Shown piece after piece: positions 20,548 to 30,107 of a stretch of 51,051 nucleotides of DNA. Every line of letters begins with the position of its first letter. Position 1 is the first letter of the stretch. The DNA lies in assembly GCA_035425765.1 (NCBI GenBank), contig DAOLYL010000001.1, positions 1 to 51,051 of the forward strand, read 5' to 3'. The notes beneath the pieces were generated by a model. That model did no database searches. It worked only from the letters and a program-made list of their open reading frames with translations, and was not told the origin of the DNA. Made by a program: the position numbers and the translations under genes. Source of the DNA: Flavobacterium sp. Its GTDB lineage: Bacteria; Bacteroidota; Bacteroidia; Flavobacteriales; Flavobacteriaceae.

Positions 20548-20653
20548 AATTATAAGTATTTAGAACGGTAAAAATAACTAATATTTTAAAGTTATATAAC
20601 GATTAATTATCAAATAAATATGTGTTAATCGTTTCATAGGATTTTGTTATTTA

Positions 20654-20661
20654 TATATTTG
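20654..20661 (+). promoter_or_regulatory. Candidate -7 promoter element for locus B
   Basis: TATATTTG (followed by C) in the divergent intergenic region upstream of wzm. Confidence 0.6.
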
Positions 20662-20697
20662 CAATAATAAGTTTTTTTAAACATTAAAAATAGATTA

Positions 20698-21561
20698 ATG
20701 CATCACAATCAACCCGAAAAATGGGACTTAGTTATCAAAGGTCATACATCACTTTTTGATGTAAAGTTTAAAGACCTTTGGCATTATAGAGATTTATTGA
20801 CAATGTTTGTCAAAAGAGACTTTGTTAGTTTTTATAAACAAACAATACTTGGTCCACTTTGGTTTTTTATTCAACCTATTTTAACAACCATAGTTTTTTC
20901 ATTCATTTTCGGAAATTTAGCAGGAATTAGTACAGATGGGTTGCCAAAATTTCTTTTTTATTTATCTGGAATTACAGCTTGGAATTATTTCTCTGACTGT
21001 TTAACAAAAACCAGCACAGTTTTTAAAGACAATGCCAATATTTTTGGAAAAGTATATTTTCCAAGACTAATAATGCCATTGAGTATCGTAGTTAGTAATT
21101 TAGTCAGATTTGGAGTTCAGTTGCTTTTACTAATTTGTATGATGACCTATTTCTATCTGTTTCCAATTGAAAATACCACTTTTCATGTTACAAATGGAAT
21201 ATTTTTATTCCCTTTTTTAGTAATTATAATGGCATTGCTGGGATTAGGATTGGGATTGATAATTACAGCAATAACCACAAAATATCGTGACTTAACATTT
21301 TTAATCTCTTTTGGAGTTCAATTGTTAATGTATGGAACAACAGTGATTTACCCTTTAAGCTCAGCACCAGACCAATATAAAAAATATATAGAACTAAATC
21401 CAATGACAGGAATAATAGAAGCATTTCGTTATGCTTTCTTAGGGAAAGGAGAGTTTACCGCTTGGAGTTTGGGATATTCCACTATTTTTACACTAGTTGT
21501 ATTGTTTTTAGGAATATTAATTTTCAATAAAACAGAGAAAAACTTTGTTGATACAATCTAA
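20698..21561 (+). CDS. wzm: ABC-2 polysaccharide transporter permease
   Basis: LWHYRDLL..FVKRDF..YKQTILGPLW, KVYFPRL, YRDL, NPMTGIIEAFR. Confidence 0.9.
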   Translation: MHHNQPEKWDLVIKGHTSLFDVKFKDLWHYRDLLTMFVKRDFVSFYKQTILGPLWFFIQPILTTIVFSFIFGNLAGISTDGLPKFLFYLSGITAWNYFSDCLTKTSTVFKDNANIFGKVYFPRLIMPLSIVVSNLVRFGVQLLLLICMMTYFYLFPIENTTFHVTNGIFLFPFLVIIMALLGLGLGLIITAITTKYRDLTFLISFGVQLLMYGTTVIYPLSSAPDQYKKYIELNPMTGIIEAFRYAFLGKGEFTAWSLGYSTIFTLVVLFLGILIFNKTEKNFVDTI

Positions 21562-22850
21562 TGAGTAGCAAAATAATAAAAGTAGAAAATCTATCCAAAG
21601 CATACCAAATTGGGCAAATTGGAACAGGAACTATTTCAAGAGATTTAGAGCGTTTCTGGGTTACAAAAGTACTTGGTAAAGAAGATCCATTCCTTAAAAT
21701 AGGTGAAACGAATGACAGAAGTGTAAAAGGTGAAAGCGATATTGTTTGGTCATTAAGAGATATTAATTTTGAAATTAATCAAGGCGATGCAGTCGGAATT
21801 ATTGGAAAAAACGGTGCAGGAAAAAGTACACTTTTAAAACTTTTATCTAGAGTAACATCACCAACTACTGGAGAAATTAAAGTCAAAGGTAGAATAGCAA
21901 GTTTACTTGAAGTTGGAACAGGTTTTCATCCAGAATTAACAGGAAGAGAAAACGTCTATCTCAATGGAGCAATTCTCGGAATGAGAAAAAAAGAAATCAC
22001 TCGAAAATTAGATGAAATTATAGATTTTTCTGGTGTTGAACGATATATTGATACACCAGTAAAACGGTATTCATCAGGAATGTATGTTCGCTTAGCATTT
22101 GCTGTTGCAGCACATTTAGAAAGTGAAATTCTAATTGTAGATGAGGTTTTAGCCGTTGGTGATGCTGAATTTCAGAAAAAATGTCTTGGAAAAATGGGTG
22201 ACATCAGCAAAGGACAGGGAAGGACGGTTCTTTTTGTTAGTCACAACATGGCAGCTGTGAAGAGTTTATGTAATAGTGGAATTGTTCTAGAAAACGGCAA
22301 AGTAGTTTATCAAGGTGAAAGTGATGATTCAGTCAATTTTTATTTATCAAATTCATCAAAAACAAAAGATATTTCACTCCAAAATAGATTAGATAGATTA
22401 GGGAATTTAAAATTGAAAGTTGTTGGAGTTGATTTTTTAAACGAAAAAAATCAAAGTGTAACACAAGTAATATCAGGCGAACTTTTGAAAGTAAGATTGC
22501 ATATTGAGAAAAGAAACTTTGTTGACTTATCAAAATTATTTGTTGGTATAGCTTTTTTTGACAATCAAGAAAATAGAGTTCTTTCATTTTTTAGTGATGA
22601 AATGGGTTCAGATTTTAATAATCTTGAAAAAAGCAACTACATAGAATTAAACATACCTAAATTCTTTCTTCGTGCTGGAGGTTATGATTTGACAATTCAA
22701 TTAAGTGATGGCTCTACTAAGGCAGAATCGTTTATTGATGTTATTGAAAAAGCAGCTGAAATATTTGTGCTTCCAGGAGATATTTGGCAAACAGGCAAAA
22801 CCAATAGATCTGGAACTTATGCTGTTCTACCTGGTTTTTTTGAGAGCTAA
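21561..22850 (+). CDS. wzt: ABC polysaccharide transporter ATPase with a C-terminal Wzt_C-like domain
   Basis: GKNGAGKST, YSSGM, ILIVDEVLAVGD, VSH; roughly 150-aa beta-rich C-terminal extension. Confidence 0.92.
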   Translation: MSSKIIKVENLSKAYQIGQIGTGTISRDLERFWVTKVLGKEDPFLKIGETNDRSVKGESDIVWSLRDINFEINQGDAVGIIGKNGAGKSTLLKLLSRVTSPTTGEIKVKGRIASLLEVGTGFHPELTGRENVYLNGAILGMRKKEITRKLDEIIDFSGVERYIDTPVKRYSSGMYVRLAFAVAAHLESEILIVDEVLAVGDAEFQKKCLGKMGDISKGQGRTVLFVSHNMAAVKSLCNSGIVLENGKVVYQGESDDSVNFYLSNSSKTKDISLQNRLDRLGNLKLKVVGVDFLNEKNQSVTQVISGELLKVRLHIEKRNFVDLSKLFVGIAFFDNQENRVLSFFSDEMGSDFNNLEKSNYIELNIPKFFLRAGGYDLTIQLSDGSTKAESFIDVIEKAAEIFVLPGDIWQTGKTNRSGTYAVLPGFFES

Positions 22851-22892
22851 AAGAATATGAAAAACTTCTTTTCAATTTATAATGTCTGATTA

Positions 22893-23735
22893 ATGAAAGT
22901 ATTAATTACTGGAATTTATGGTTTTTTAGGTTCTCATTTGGCAAACAAACTTTGTTCAAACAATGCCGTTTTTGGATTATTTAAAACAAGCAAAAATCAA
23001 AATATAAACGACACAATTGCAACTTTTTCAACTCTTGAAGAAATAGATTTTTCCCTAGATGTAATTGTAATGTGCCATGCGGCAATAAATTCTGGAACAA
23101 CAGTGTTATCTGATGATGAATTGATGAAAACAAATGTTCTCTTTACAAAAAAGATTTTAGATTATTTTCCAAACGTAAGAGTAATTTATATTTCATCCGT
23201 TTCTGTCTTTGGAAATAATTCTGAAAGATTAATAGAATTATCAGTTCCAAATCCTGAGAATAATTATTCCAAATCAAAACTTGAAGCCGAGAAACTTGTT
23301 TTAACAAATAAATCAAATAATGTTATTCGATTGTCATCATTGTATGGAATTGGAATGAAAGAAAACACTTTGATACCTAATTATTGTAATCAAGCAATAA
23401 AAAGCAATAAAATTGAAGTTTGGGGAAATGGTTTACGCATGCAAAACTATATCCATGTCAATGATGCTACGGATTTGATTGAAAAAGTAATTCACATCAA
23501 TAAAAATATTAATTTTCCAATTCTTGGTGTTGATAAAAACGAATATTCAAATATTTATGTAGCAGAAATTATTGCTTCAAAGATAAATTCTAAAATTGAG
23601 TATGTTGGAAGTGATAATTCATTTTCATACTTTTATGATAACAAACGAACACAGGAAGAATTAAATTGGGATACTAAAATTGAATTAAAAGAAGGAATAA
23701 CTAATTATTTAGAATGGAAAGAAAAACAGTTTTAG
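22893..23735 (+). CDS. NAD-dependent sugar epimerase/dehydratase/reductase (extended SDR)
   Basis: ITGIYGFLG, YISSVSVFG, YSKSK (YxxxK), YIHVND. Confidence 0.85.
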   Translation: MKVLITGIYGFLGSHLANKLCSNNAVFGLFKTSKNQNINDTIATFSTLEEIDFSLDVIVMCHAAINSGTTVLSDDELMKTNVLFTKKILDYFPNVRVIYISSVSVFGNNSERLIELSVPNPENNYSKSKLEAEKLVLTNKSNNVIRLSSLYGIGMKENTLIPNYCNQAIKSNKIEVWGNGLRMQNYIHVNDATDLIEKVIHINKNINFPILGVDKNEYSNIYVAEIIASKINSKIEYVGSDNSFSYFYDNKRTQEELNWDTKIELKEGITNYLEWKEKQF

Positions 23736-24691
23736 TAACAGGAATAGGTGGAAATGTTGGTCAAGGAGTTTTAAGAAATATCATAGATTTGAACTTTGAT
23801 ATATTTCTTATCGGTACCGATGTTGCAACTTTTACGGCTGGAAATTATTTATGTGATGTTACATATAAAGTTCCTTATGCTTTTGATACTAATTATATCT
23901 CTGAAATTTCTGCTATTGTAGAAAAACATCGAGTTGATATAATACTACCAACAACTGATTATGAAGTATATTTTTTATCATTAAATCAATATAAAATCAA
24001 ATCAAAAGTTGTTGCCAGCGATTCCTCTTTAGCAAAAAAATATTTAGATAAATATTTAACCTATTTACACCACCAAGAATTGAATATCCCTTTTGCAAAA
24101 ACATGGTTGCCCAGCCAATTTGATAAAATAGATGGAGATATTATAGTTAAACCACGAGAAGGACGTGGATCAAGAGGAATCGAAATTAATCCTGAAAATC
24201 CTACTAGCTTTTCTGATGAATATTTGATTCAACCGTTACACAAAGGGAAAGAGATTACTACTGCTTTTTATGTAAAAAAGGATGGCAGCTTACATGGATT
24301 ATTTACAATGGAAAGAGAACTCACTAATGGAGCAACTTCTAAATCAAAAACATGTAATAAATATGATGCAGTATTAGAAAAAATTATCAATAGTATGATA
24401 CAATTTCAAGGATTAAGAGGAAGCATAAACATACAATCTATTGTTGAAGATGATCAAACTATAATACCATTTGAAGTAAATTGTAGAATTTCAGGAACAA
24501 ATTCTATACGACACAATTTAGGATTTCAAGATGTTAAATATTCACTTCAAGAATACTTGTATAATCAAGAGCCAGATGAAGTTAAAACAATCGAAGGTAT
24601 TGCTACACGATTATTATATGATGTGATATATCCAAATGCAACAGACGAAAATCTGTTGAATAATAATTCGAGTAATTTTAAACTTTACTAA
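23714..24691 (+). CDS. ATP-grasp ligase, copy 2
   Basis: VLVTGIGGNVG, ILPTTDYE, DKYLT, VKPREGRGSRG, FEVNCRISG. Confidence 0.82.
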   Translation: MERKTVLVTGIGGNVGQGVLRNIIDLNFDIFLIGTDVATFTAGNYLCDVTYKVPYAFDTNYISEISAIVEKHRVDIILPTTDYEVYFLSLNQYKIKSKVVASDSSLAKKYLDKYLTYLHHQELNIPFAKTWLPSQFDKIDGDIIVKPREGRGSRGIEINPENPTSFSDEYLIQPLHKGKEITTAFYVKKDGSLHGLFTMERELTNGATSKSKTCNKYDAVLEKIINSMIQFQGLRGSINIQSIVEDDQTIIPFEVNCRISGTNSIRHNLGFQDVKYSLQEYLYNQEPDEVKTIEGIATRLLYDVIYPNATDENLLNNNSSNFKLY

Positions 24692-24692
24692 A

Positions 24693-25331
24693 ATGAAATA
24701 TTTATTACTGGATGTTTCTGGAACGATATTACACAAACCAATTTTTTTTAAAAAAATAGCAACTGTTTTACATGATTTCGGATTTGAAGTAGGAATAGAA
24801 AAACTTAAATATAACCACAAGCTTCTCTCAGAAACAATAAAATTTCCTGACAGAACAGACAATTCTTTCTATGATTATTTTAACTCAGAATATCTATTTT
24901 CTCTGGGCATTGTTCCTAATAAAATTATTTTAGAAACTATTTTTAAAACCTGTTCCTATTTACCATGGGAAAAATATGAAGACACCAATGTTCTTAATAA
25001 TTTAGATATTCCAATTGGAATTCTATCAAACTTTAACTCATCATTAGAAGAAAAATTGAACAATTATTTTGGACCAATTTTTAAAGATATCTTTGTTTCT
25101 GAAACAATTGGGATTTCTAAACCATCATTAGATTTTTATCAATATGCAATAGATAAAATTGGTGTTTTGCCTTCCGAAATTATTTATGTTGGAGATTCTT
25201 TTAAACTTGATTTTCAACCTGCAACTAATTTGGGAATTACTACATTTGTAATTGATAGAGATGGTTTTTACCCCAAAAATGAAAAAATAATTAAATCATT
25301 AAATGATTTAGAAGGGAAGTTACATTTATGA
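24693..25331 (+). CDS. HAD-family hydrolase, copy 2
   Basis: LLDVSGT, ILSN, SKPS, YVGDSFKLD. Confidence 0.82.
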   Translation: MKYLLLDVSGTILHKPIFFKKIATVLHDFGFEVGIEKLKYNHKLLSETIKFPDRTDNSFYDYFNSEYLFSLGIVPNKIILETIFKTCSYLPWEKYEDTNVLNNLDIPIGILSNFNSSLEEKLNNYFGPIFKDIFVSETIGISKPSLDFYQYAIDKIGVLPSEIIYVGDSFKLDFQPATNLGITTFVIDRDGFYPKNEKIIKSLNDLEGKLHL

Positions 25332-25957
25332 AAACACTTGCAATTCTAGGTTCAGGACATTTAGGACAACAAATTGCTCATTATGCTTTGTCCGACAATC
25401 ATTTTGATAATGTTGTGTTTTTTGACGACTTTTCATCAGAAAAAAATGTAAACAATATTCCTGTATTAGGCAATTCAAATCAAATTATAAGTGAATTCGA
25501 AAAAGGTTCATTCGATGAAATTATTCTTGGGATAGGTTATCATCATTTAAATACAAAAAAAGAAATTTACGATAGATTTAAAGATTATGTTCCTTTTGCA
25601 ACGCTAATTCACTCCTCGTCTTGGGTTGATAAAACAGCAATTGTAGAAAAAGGATGTGTAATTTATCCAAATTGTGCTATTGATGCTCATGTTGTTATAA
25701 AAGCAAATACAATTTTAAATATTTCGTGTACAATTGCACATGATACAGTTATAAATGAACACTGCTTTTTATCACCAAGAGTTGCAGTTGCTGGATTTGT
25801 AACTATAAATCAAAAATGTATAATAGGAATTAATGCTACACTAATTGATTCAATTGAATTAGCAGAAAACACAAAAATTGGCGGAGCAACTGTAGTTATA
25901 AAATCAATTGAAAAAAGTGGGTTATATGTTGGTAATCCAGCTAAATTTATAAGATAA
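25328..25957 (+). CDS. Sugar N/O-acetyltransferase, NeuD/PglD family (left-handed beta-helix)
   Basis: ILGSGHLG, FFDD, LIH, IAHDT, hexapeptide repeats, VGNPAK. Confidence 0.88.
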   Translation: MKTLAILGSGHLGQQIAHYALSDNHFDNVVFFDDFSSEKNVNNIPVLGNSNQIISEFEKGSFDEIILGIGYHHLNTKKEIYDRFKDYVPFATLIHSSSWVDKTAIVEKGCVIYPNCAIDAHVVIKANTILNISCTIAHDTVINEHCFLSPRVAVAGFVTINQKCIIGINATLIDSIELAENTKIGGATVVIKSIEKSGLYVGNPAKFIR

Positions 25958-25958
25958 A

Positions 25959-27092
25959 ATGATACCATTCAATAAACCTTTCCTAACCGGAAATGAAACC
26001 AAATATATAGAACAAGCTGTTAAATCAGGTAAAATCTCAGGAAATGGGGATTTTACTCAAAAATGTCAACGCTTTTTTGAAGATAACTATGGAATAAAAA
26101 AAGCTTTATTAACGACTTCTTGTTCTGATGCTTTAGAAATGTGCGCAATGCTAATTGATTGCACTCAAAATGATGAGATTATTGTTCCTTCTTATACTTT
26201 TGTTACATCTGCACTAGCATTTGTTCGCCAAGGAGCAAAAATTGTTTTTGCCGACTCATTACCAAATCACCCAAATATTGATGTGTCAAAACTTGAAGCT
26301 TTGATAAACAGTAATACTAAAGCTATAGTTGTAGTTCATTATGCTGGAATAGCAGTCGATATGGACGAAGTAATGCGATTAGCAGATAAATACAATCTAT
26401 TCGTAATAGAAGATGCGGCACAAGCTATTGATTCATTTTATAAAGGAAAACCTCTTGGAAGTATTGGTCATCTTGCAGCATTTTCATTTCATGAAACTAA
26501 AAACATAATTTCAGGTGAAGGTGGATTATTAGCAGTTAATGATGATAGATTTATTGAAAGAGCAGAAATAATTTGGGAAAAAGGAACAAATAGAGCTTCA
26601 TTTTTTAGAGGAGAAATAAACAAATATGGTTGGGTTGATACAGGTTCATCATTTTTACCTTCAGAAATAATAGCCGCTTTTCTTTGGGCACAACTTGAAA
26701 ATATAGATGTTATTCAAAAAAGAAGAGTTGCAATTTGGGATAATTATTTTGAACAATTAAAACAATTAATTTCAAGTAGAAATATAACTTTACCTGAAAT
26801 CCCTGATTTTTCGACAAACAACGGGCATATGTTTTATTTAGTTTGCAATTCATTAGATGAAAGAACGAGATTAATAAAAACACTAAAAAATTCAGATATT
26901 CTAGCAGTATTTCATTATCTAAGTTTGCATAAAAGCGAATTTCACTTAAAAAACAATGAATCTGTAGAGTTACCAAATGCAGATTTGTTTACAGATAGAT
27001 TAGTCAGATTGCCTTTTTATTATGAATTAACCAATGAAAATCAGCAAAAGATATTTGATATTATAGTAGATTTTTATAAAAATGAAATATAA
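25959..27092 (+). CDS. wecE: dTDP-4-amino-4,6-dideoxygalactose transaminase
   Basis: MIPFNKP, SGNGDFT, EDAAQA, FSFHETKN, EKGTNR..FFRGEINKYGWVD.GSS.LPSE, VFHY, LVRLP; these are WecE/RffA-specific motifs. Confidence 0.88.
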   Translation: MIPFNKPFLTGNETKYIEQAVKSGKISGNGDFTQKCQRFFEDNYGIKKALLTTSCSDALEMCAMLIDCTQNDEIIVPSYTFVTSALAFVRQGAKIVFADSLPNHPNIDVSKLEALINSNTKAIVVVHYAGIAVDMDEVMRLADKYNLFVIEDAAQAIDSFYKGKPLGSIGHLAAFSFHETKNIISGEGGLLAVNDDRFIERAEIIWEKGTNRASFFRGEINKYGWVDTGSSFLPSEIIAAFLWAQLENIDVIQKRRVAIWDNYFEQLKQLISSRNITLPEIPDFSTNNGHMFYLVCNSLDERTRLIKTLKNSDILAVFHYLSLHKSEFHLKNNESVELPNADLFTDRLVRLPFYYELTNENQQKIFDIIVDFYKNEI

Positions 27093-28233
27093 TATTATTC
27101 ATATCTGTGAAGATGAGAAATTTATCAACTCGGCGATAAACCAGTTTGAAATAATTTTTCCAAATCAGAACAAGTTTTACATTCTTCATACGGATAATTC
27201 AATTCCTTTTAGACATGTAACACCTTCAAATTGCACCAAATCTATAAGCACTATCGAATTGGTTCAATTATCTGAAACTTTGGACAAGTCTAGCTTAGTT
27301 ATTTTGCACAGTTTATCTAGTAAATTTTATTCTTTTGTTCTAAAACTTTCGAAAGAAATAAAAATAGTTTGGTTGTGTTTTGGTTTCGAAGTCTATAATG
27401 ATTCATACTACTATAAAAGCAATCAATTATTAGATAAAATAACATTAAAAAAATATCCGTCAAAAGACAAAACCCTAAGTTGGCACCAAAAAATTAGACC
27501 TTTATATCGTATTATAAAACCCAATTTACCTTTTTCTGATTATGAATTAAAAAGAAAAGCTATCCAAAGAGTAAATTATCTAGGTTCAACATTTCATGAT
27601 GAATATGTAATTATTCAAAAGTTATTGAATGTTAAAAAAGATTTTTTCAATTTTTGGTATTATCCTCTAGAGCAAATAGTTGAAATCAATTCGCCGATAA
27701 ATTTTGATAAAACTACAATGCTAATTGGGAATTCAGGATTCAAATCATTAAACCATCTTGATGTTTTTGATAAAATAAAAAAGTATAACTTAAAAGTATC
27801 AAAAGTTATTATTCCTTTAAATTATGGTGTTGAAGGTTATATTAATGACATTGTTGAACAGTCTAATTTAACCTTTGGAGAAAAGTCATTTCCTCTTTTG
27901 AATTTTCTATCTTTGTCTGATTACAATGAATTACTTAGCAACGTTGGAATTGCAATTTTTAATAATCATAGACAACAAGCACTAGGAAATACTATAGCGT
28001 TATTATGGTTTGGTGTGAAGATTTTTTTAAGTGAACAAAATCCTTTCTATACTTTTTTAAAAAGAAATAATATTCATATTTTTAGCTACGAGAATGAGTT
28101 AAATGAAAATTCATGTAATACATTTTTAACACAAGAAGAAATAGAACAAAATAGATATATATTATTTAAATTACTACAACAAGACGTAGTTACAGCTATA
28201 CTTAAGAAACATATAGATACAATCTATGCATAA
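27082..28233 (+). CDS. WecF-like Fuc4NAc transferase (GT56)
   Basis: LIGNSG..LNH, IPLNYG, Y.ELL...IFNNHRQQALGN; lies directly after wecE. Confidence 0.75.
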   Translation: MKYNIIHICEDEKFINSAINQFEIIFPNQNKFYILHTDNSIPFRHVTPSNCTKSISTIELVQLSETLDKSSLVILHSLSSKFYSFVLKLSKEIKIVWLCFGFEVYNDSYYYKSNQLLDKITLKKYPSKDKTLSWHQKIRPLYRIIKPNLPFSDYELKRKAIQRVNYLGSTFHDEYVIIQKLLNVKKDFFNFWYYPLEQIVEINSPINFDKTTMLIGNSGFKSLNHLDVFDKIKKYNLKVSKVIIPLNYGVEGYINDIVEQSNLTFGEKSFPLLNFLSLSDYNELLSNVGIAIFNNHRQQALGNTIALLWFGVKIFLSEQNPFYTFLKRNNIHIFSYENELNENSCNTFLTQEEIEQNRYILFKLLQQDVVTAILKKHIDTIYA

Positions 28234-29173
28234 TCCATTATTTTCTATAATCATTCCTACATACAACAGATCACATCTGTTGAGTAAAACTATTAATAGT
28301 TTAATTTCTCAAACTTATAAAAATTGGGAATGTATAATTGTTGATGATGTTAGTACTGATGATACAAGAACTCTAGTTGAAAAATATAGTAAGTCAGATT
28401 CAAGATTTCAATTTTATGTTAGAGAAAATAATCCAAAAGGTGCTTCACATTGTAGAAATATTGGATTAGAAAAGGCAAAAGGAGATTATATTATTTTCCT
28501 TGACTCAGACGATATGTTGTTGGATTTTTGTATAGAAAAAAGATTGGAATATATAAACAAAAATCCATTCTTAAATTTCTACGTTTTTCCTATGTTAACA
28601 GAAGTGAAAACCAATGTTTTTAAAGAGAAAAAAATTCCTGAAAGCAATTATCTTGAAGATTTTTTGAGTTATAAAATTTGGTGGGGAATTATGTGTGTTA
28701 CTTGGGAAGTTAGTTTTTTAAAAAAACTAGGAGGTTTCAATATTAATTATGCAAGGCTAAATGATCCCGAAATTCATATTAGAGCTATGTTATTAAGTGA
28801 TAATAACTATAAAGTTTTTAATGATTCACAACCAGATTCAAAATATGTTCTAGCAGAACGAAAAGATTATAAAGTTTTTTCACAAAAATATTATGATACA
28901 ATTTTATTATTCATTCCAGATATTATAAAAAAGTTAGAAGAGAAGAATAAATCTGATTTGAAGCATAATCTAATAAGTTATTTACACACCTGGTTAAAAC
29001 ATTTCGTTAATTATGCTGACATAAAACAAAATAGAAGAATATATTACTTGTTCAAAAAGAACAACCTAATTAGCCATAATTCATATAGATTGTTAAGAAT
29101 TTATTCCTATCTAAAACCAATTGATAAATATCTTTCGAATAGAATTAAAAAAATCTTAATCAAGAATATATAG
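28226..29173 (+). CDS. GT2 glycosyltransferase
   Basis: SIIIPTYNR, VDDVSTD, GASHCRNIG, FLDSDD. Confidence 0.9.
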   Translation: MHNPLFSIIIPTYNRSHLLSKTINSLISQTYKNWECIIVDDVSTDDTRTLVEKYSKSDSRFQFYVRENNPKGASHCRNIGLEKAKGDYIIFLDSDDMLLDFCIEKRLEYINKNPFLNFYVFPMLTEVKTNVFKEKKIPESNYLEDFLSYKIWWGIMCVTWEVSFLKKLGGFNINYARLNDPEIHIRAMLLSDNNYKVFNDSQPDSKYVLAERKDYKVFSQKYYDTILLFIPDIIKKLEEKNKSDLKHNLISYLHTWLKHFVNYADIKQNRRIYYLFKKNNLISHNSYRLLRIYSYLKPIDKYLSNRIKKILIKNI

Positions 29174-29177
29174 TTTA

Positions 29178-30104
29178 ATGAAACCAGAAATTTCAATTAT
29201 AATGGCAACCTACAATAGAGCACATTTTATTGTAGAAACATTGCAATCTATTCAAAAACAAACATTTGAAAATTTCGAGTGCTTAATAATTGATGATGGT
29301 GGAACAGATAATACATTGGAAGTTATCCAGCCAATCATTGGCAATGACAAAAGGTTTTTGTTTTTAAAAAGAACAGAAAAATATAAAAAAGGATTACCTG
29401 GTTGTAGAAATTATGGGTTAGATATAGCCAAAGGAAATTATATAATTTTTTTTGATGATGATGATATCATTCATTCACAAAATTTAGCAACAACAATTCA
29501 AATTTTAAAAAATGAAGATTTCGATTTTTGTTGCTATCAAAAAGAATCGTTTATAAATGAAATTCCAGTAGAAAAATATTTACCAGTTAGTATTGAAAAA
29601 AATATTTCATCCGAAATTATAGCTGAAATCATAACAAAAAAAACATTAATTGCTTCTTGCACAGTTTTGTGGAAGAAAAAATGTTTTGATACTATTCGTT
29701 TCAACGAAAGTTTGATGTATGCAGAGGAATGGGAATGTTACACAAGAATAATTCTTCAGGATAGAAAAGGAGTTCAAATAAATTCAATACTCTATTTTAA
29801 TAGGAAACATTCTAACTCTAATACAAGTCAATTCTACGATAATAATAAAATACGAAGAGAATCAAACAGAGATGCAATTCTTTTGAATTTGAAAAGTGTT
29901 CAGTCAAAAAATCTGCTGTCTGCAGCTATTCTAAAATATTTTATTCAAATTGCTTATAATTTTAGAGAATTAAATTTAATTGATGATGTTTTTAATCAAG
30001 TAAAATTATCTTTGCCAACAAAAATTTACTGGAAGATATACTATAAAATGCTTCCATTTAGAATTGCTAATACTAGATTATTAAAGCGGTTAAAAATAAA
30101 ATAA
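29178..30104 (+). CDS. GT2 glycosyltransferase
   Basis: SIIMATYNRA, IDDGGTD, GLPGCRNYG, FFDDDD. Confidence 0.9.
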   Translation: MKPEISIIMATYNRAHFIVETLQSIQKQTFENFECLIIDDGGTDNTLEVIQPIIGNDKRFLFLKRTEKYKKGLPGCRNYGLDIAKGNYIIFFDDDDIIHSQNLATTIQILKNEDFDFCCYQKESFINEIPVEKYLPVSIEKNISSEIIAEIITKKTLIASCTVLWKKKCFDTIRFNESLMYAEEWECYTRIILQDRKGVQINSILYFNRKHSNSNTSQFYDNNKIRRESNRDAILLNLKSVQSKNLLSAAILKYFIQIAYNFRELNLIDDVFNQVKLSLPTKIYWKIYYKMLPFRIANTRLLKRLKIK

Positions 30105-30107
30105 TAA

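Noticed and set aside
20548-20697. Invertible promoter of the Bacteroides capsule type
   Set aside because: The only inverted repeat is 9 bp with an 18-nt spacer that does not enclose the -7 element, and there is no recombinase in the window.
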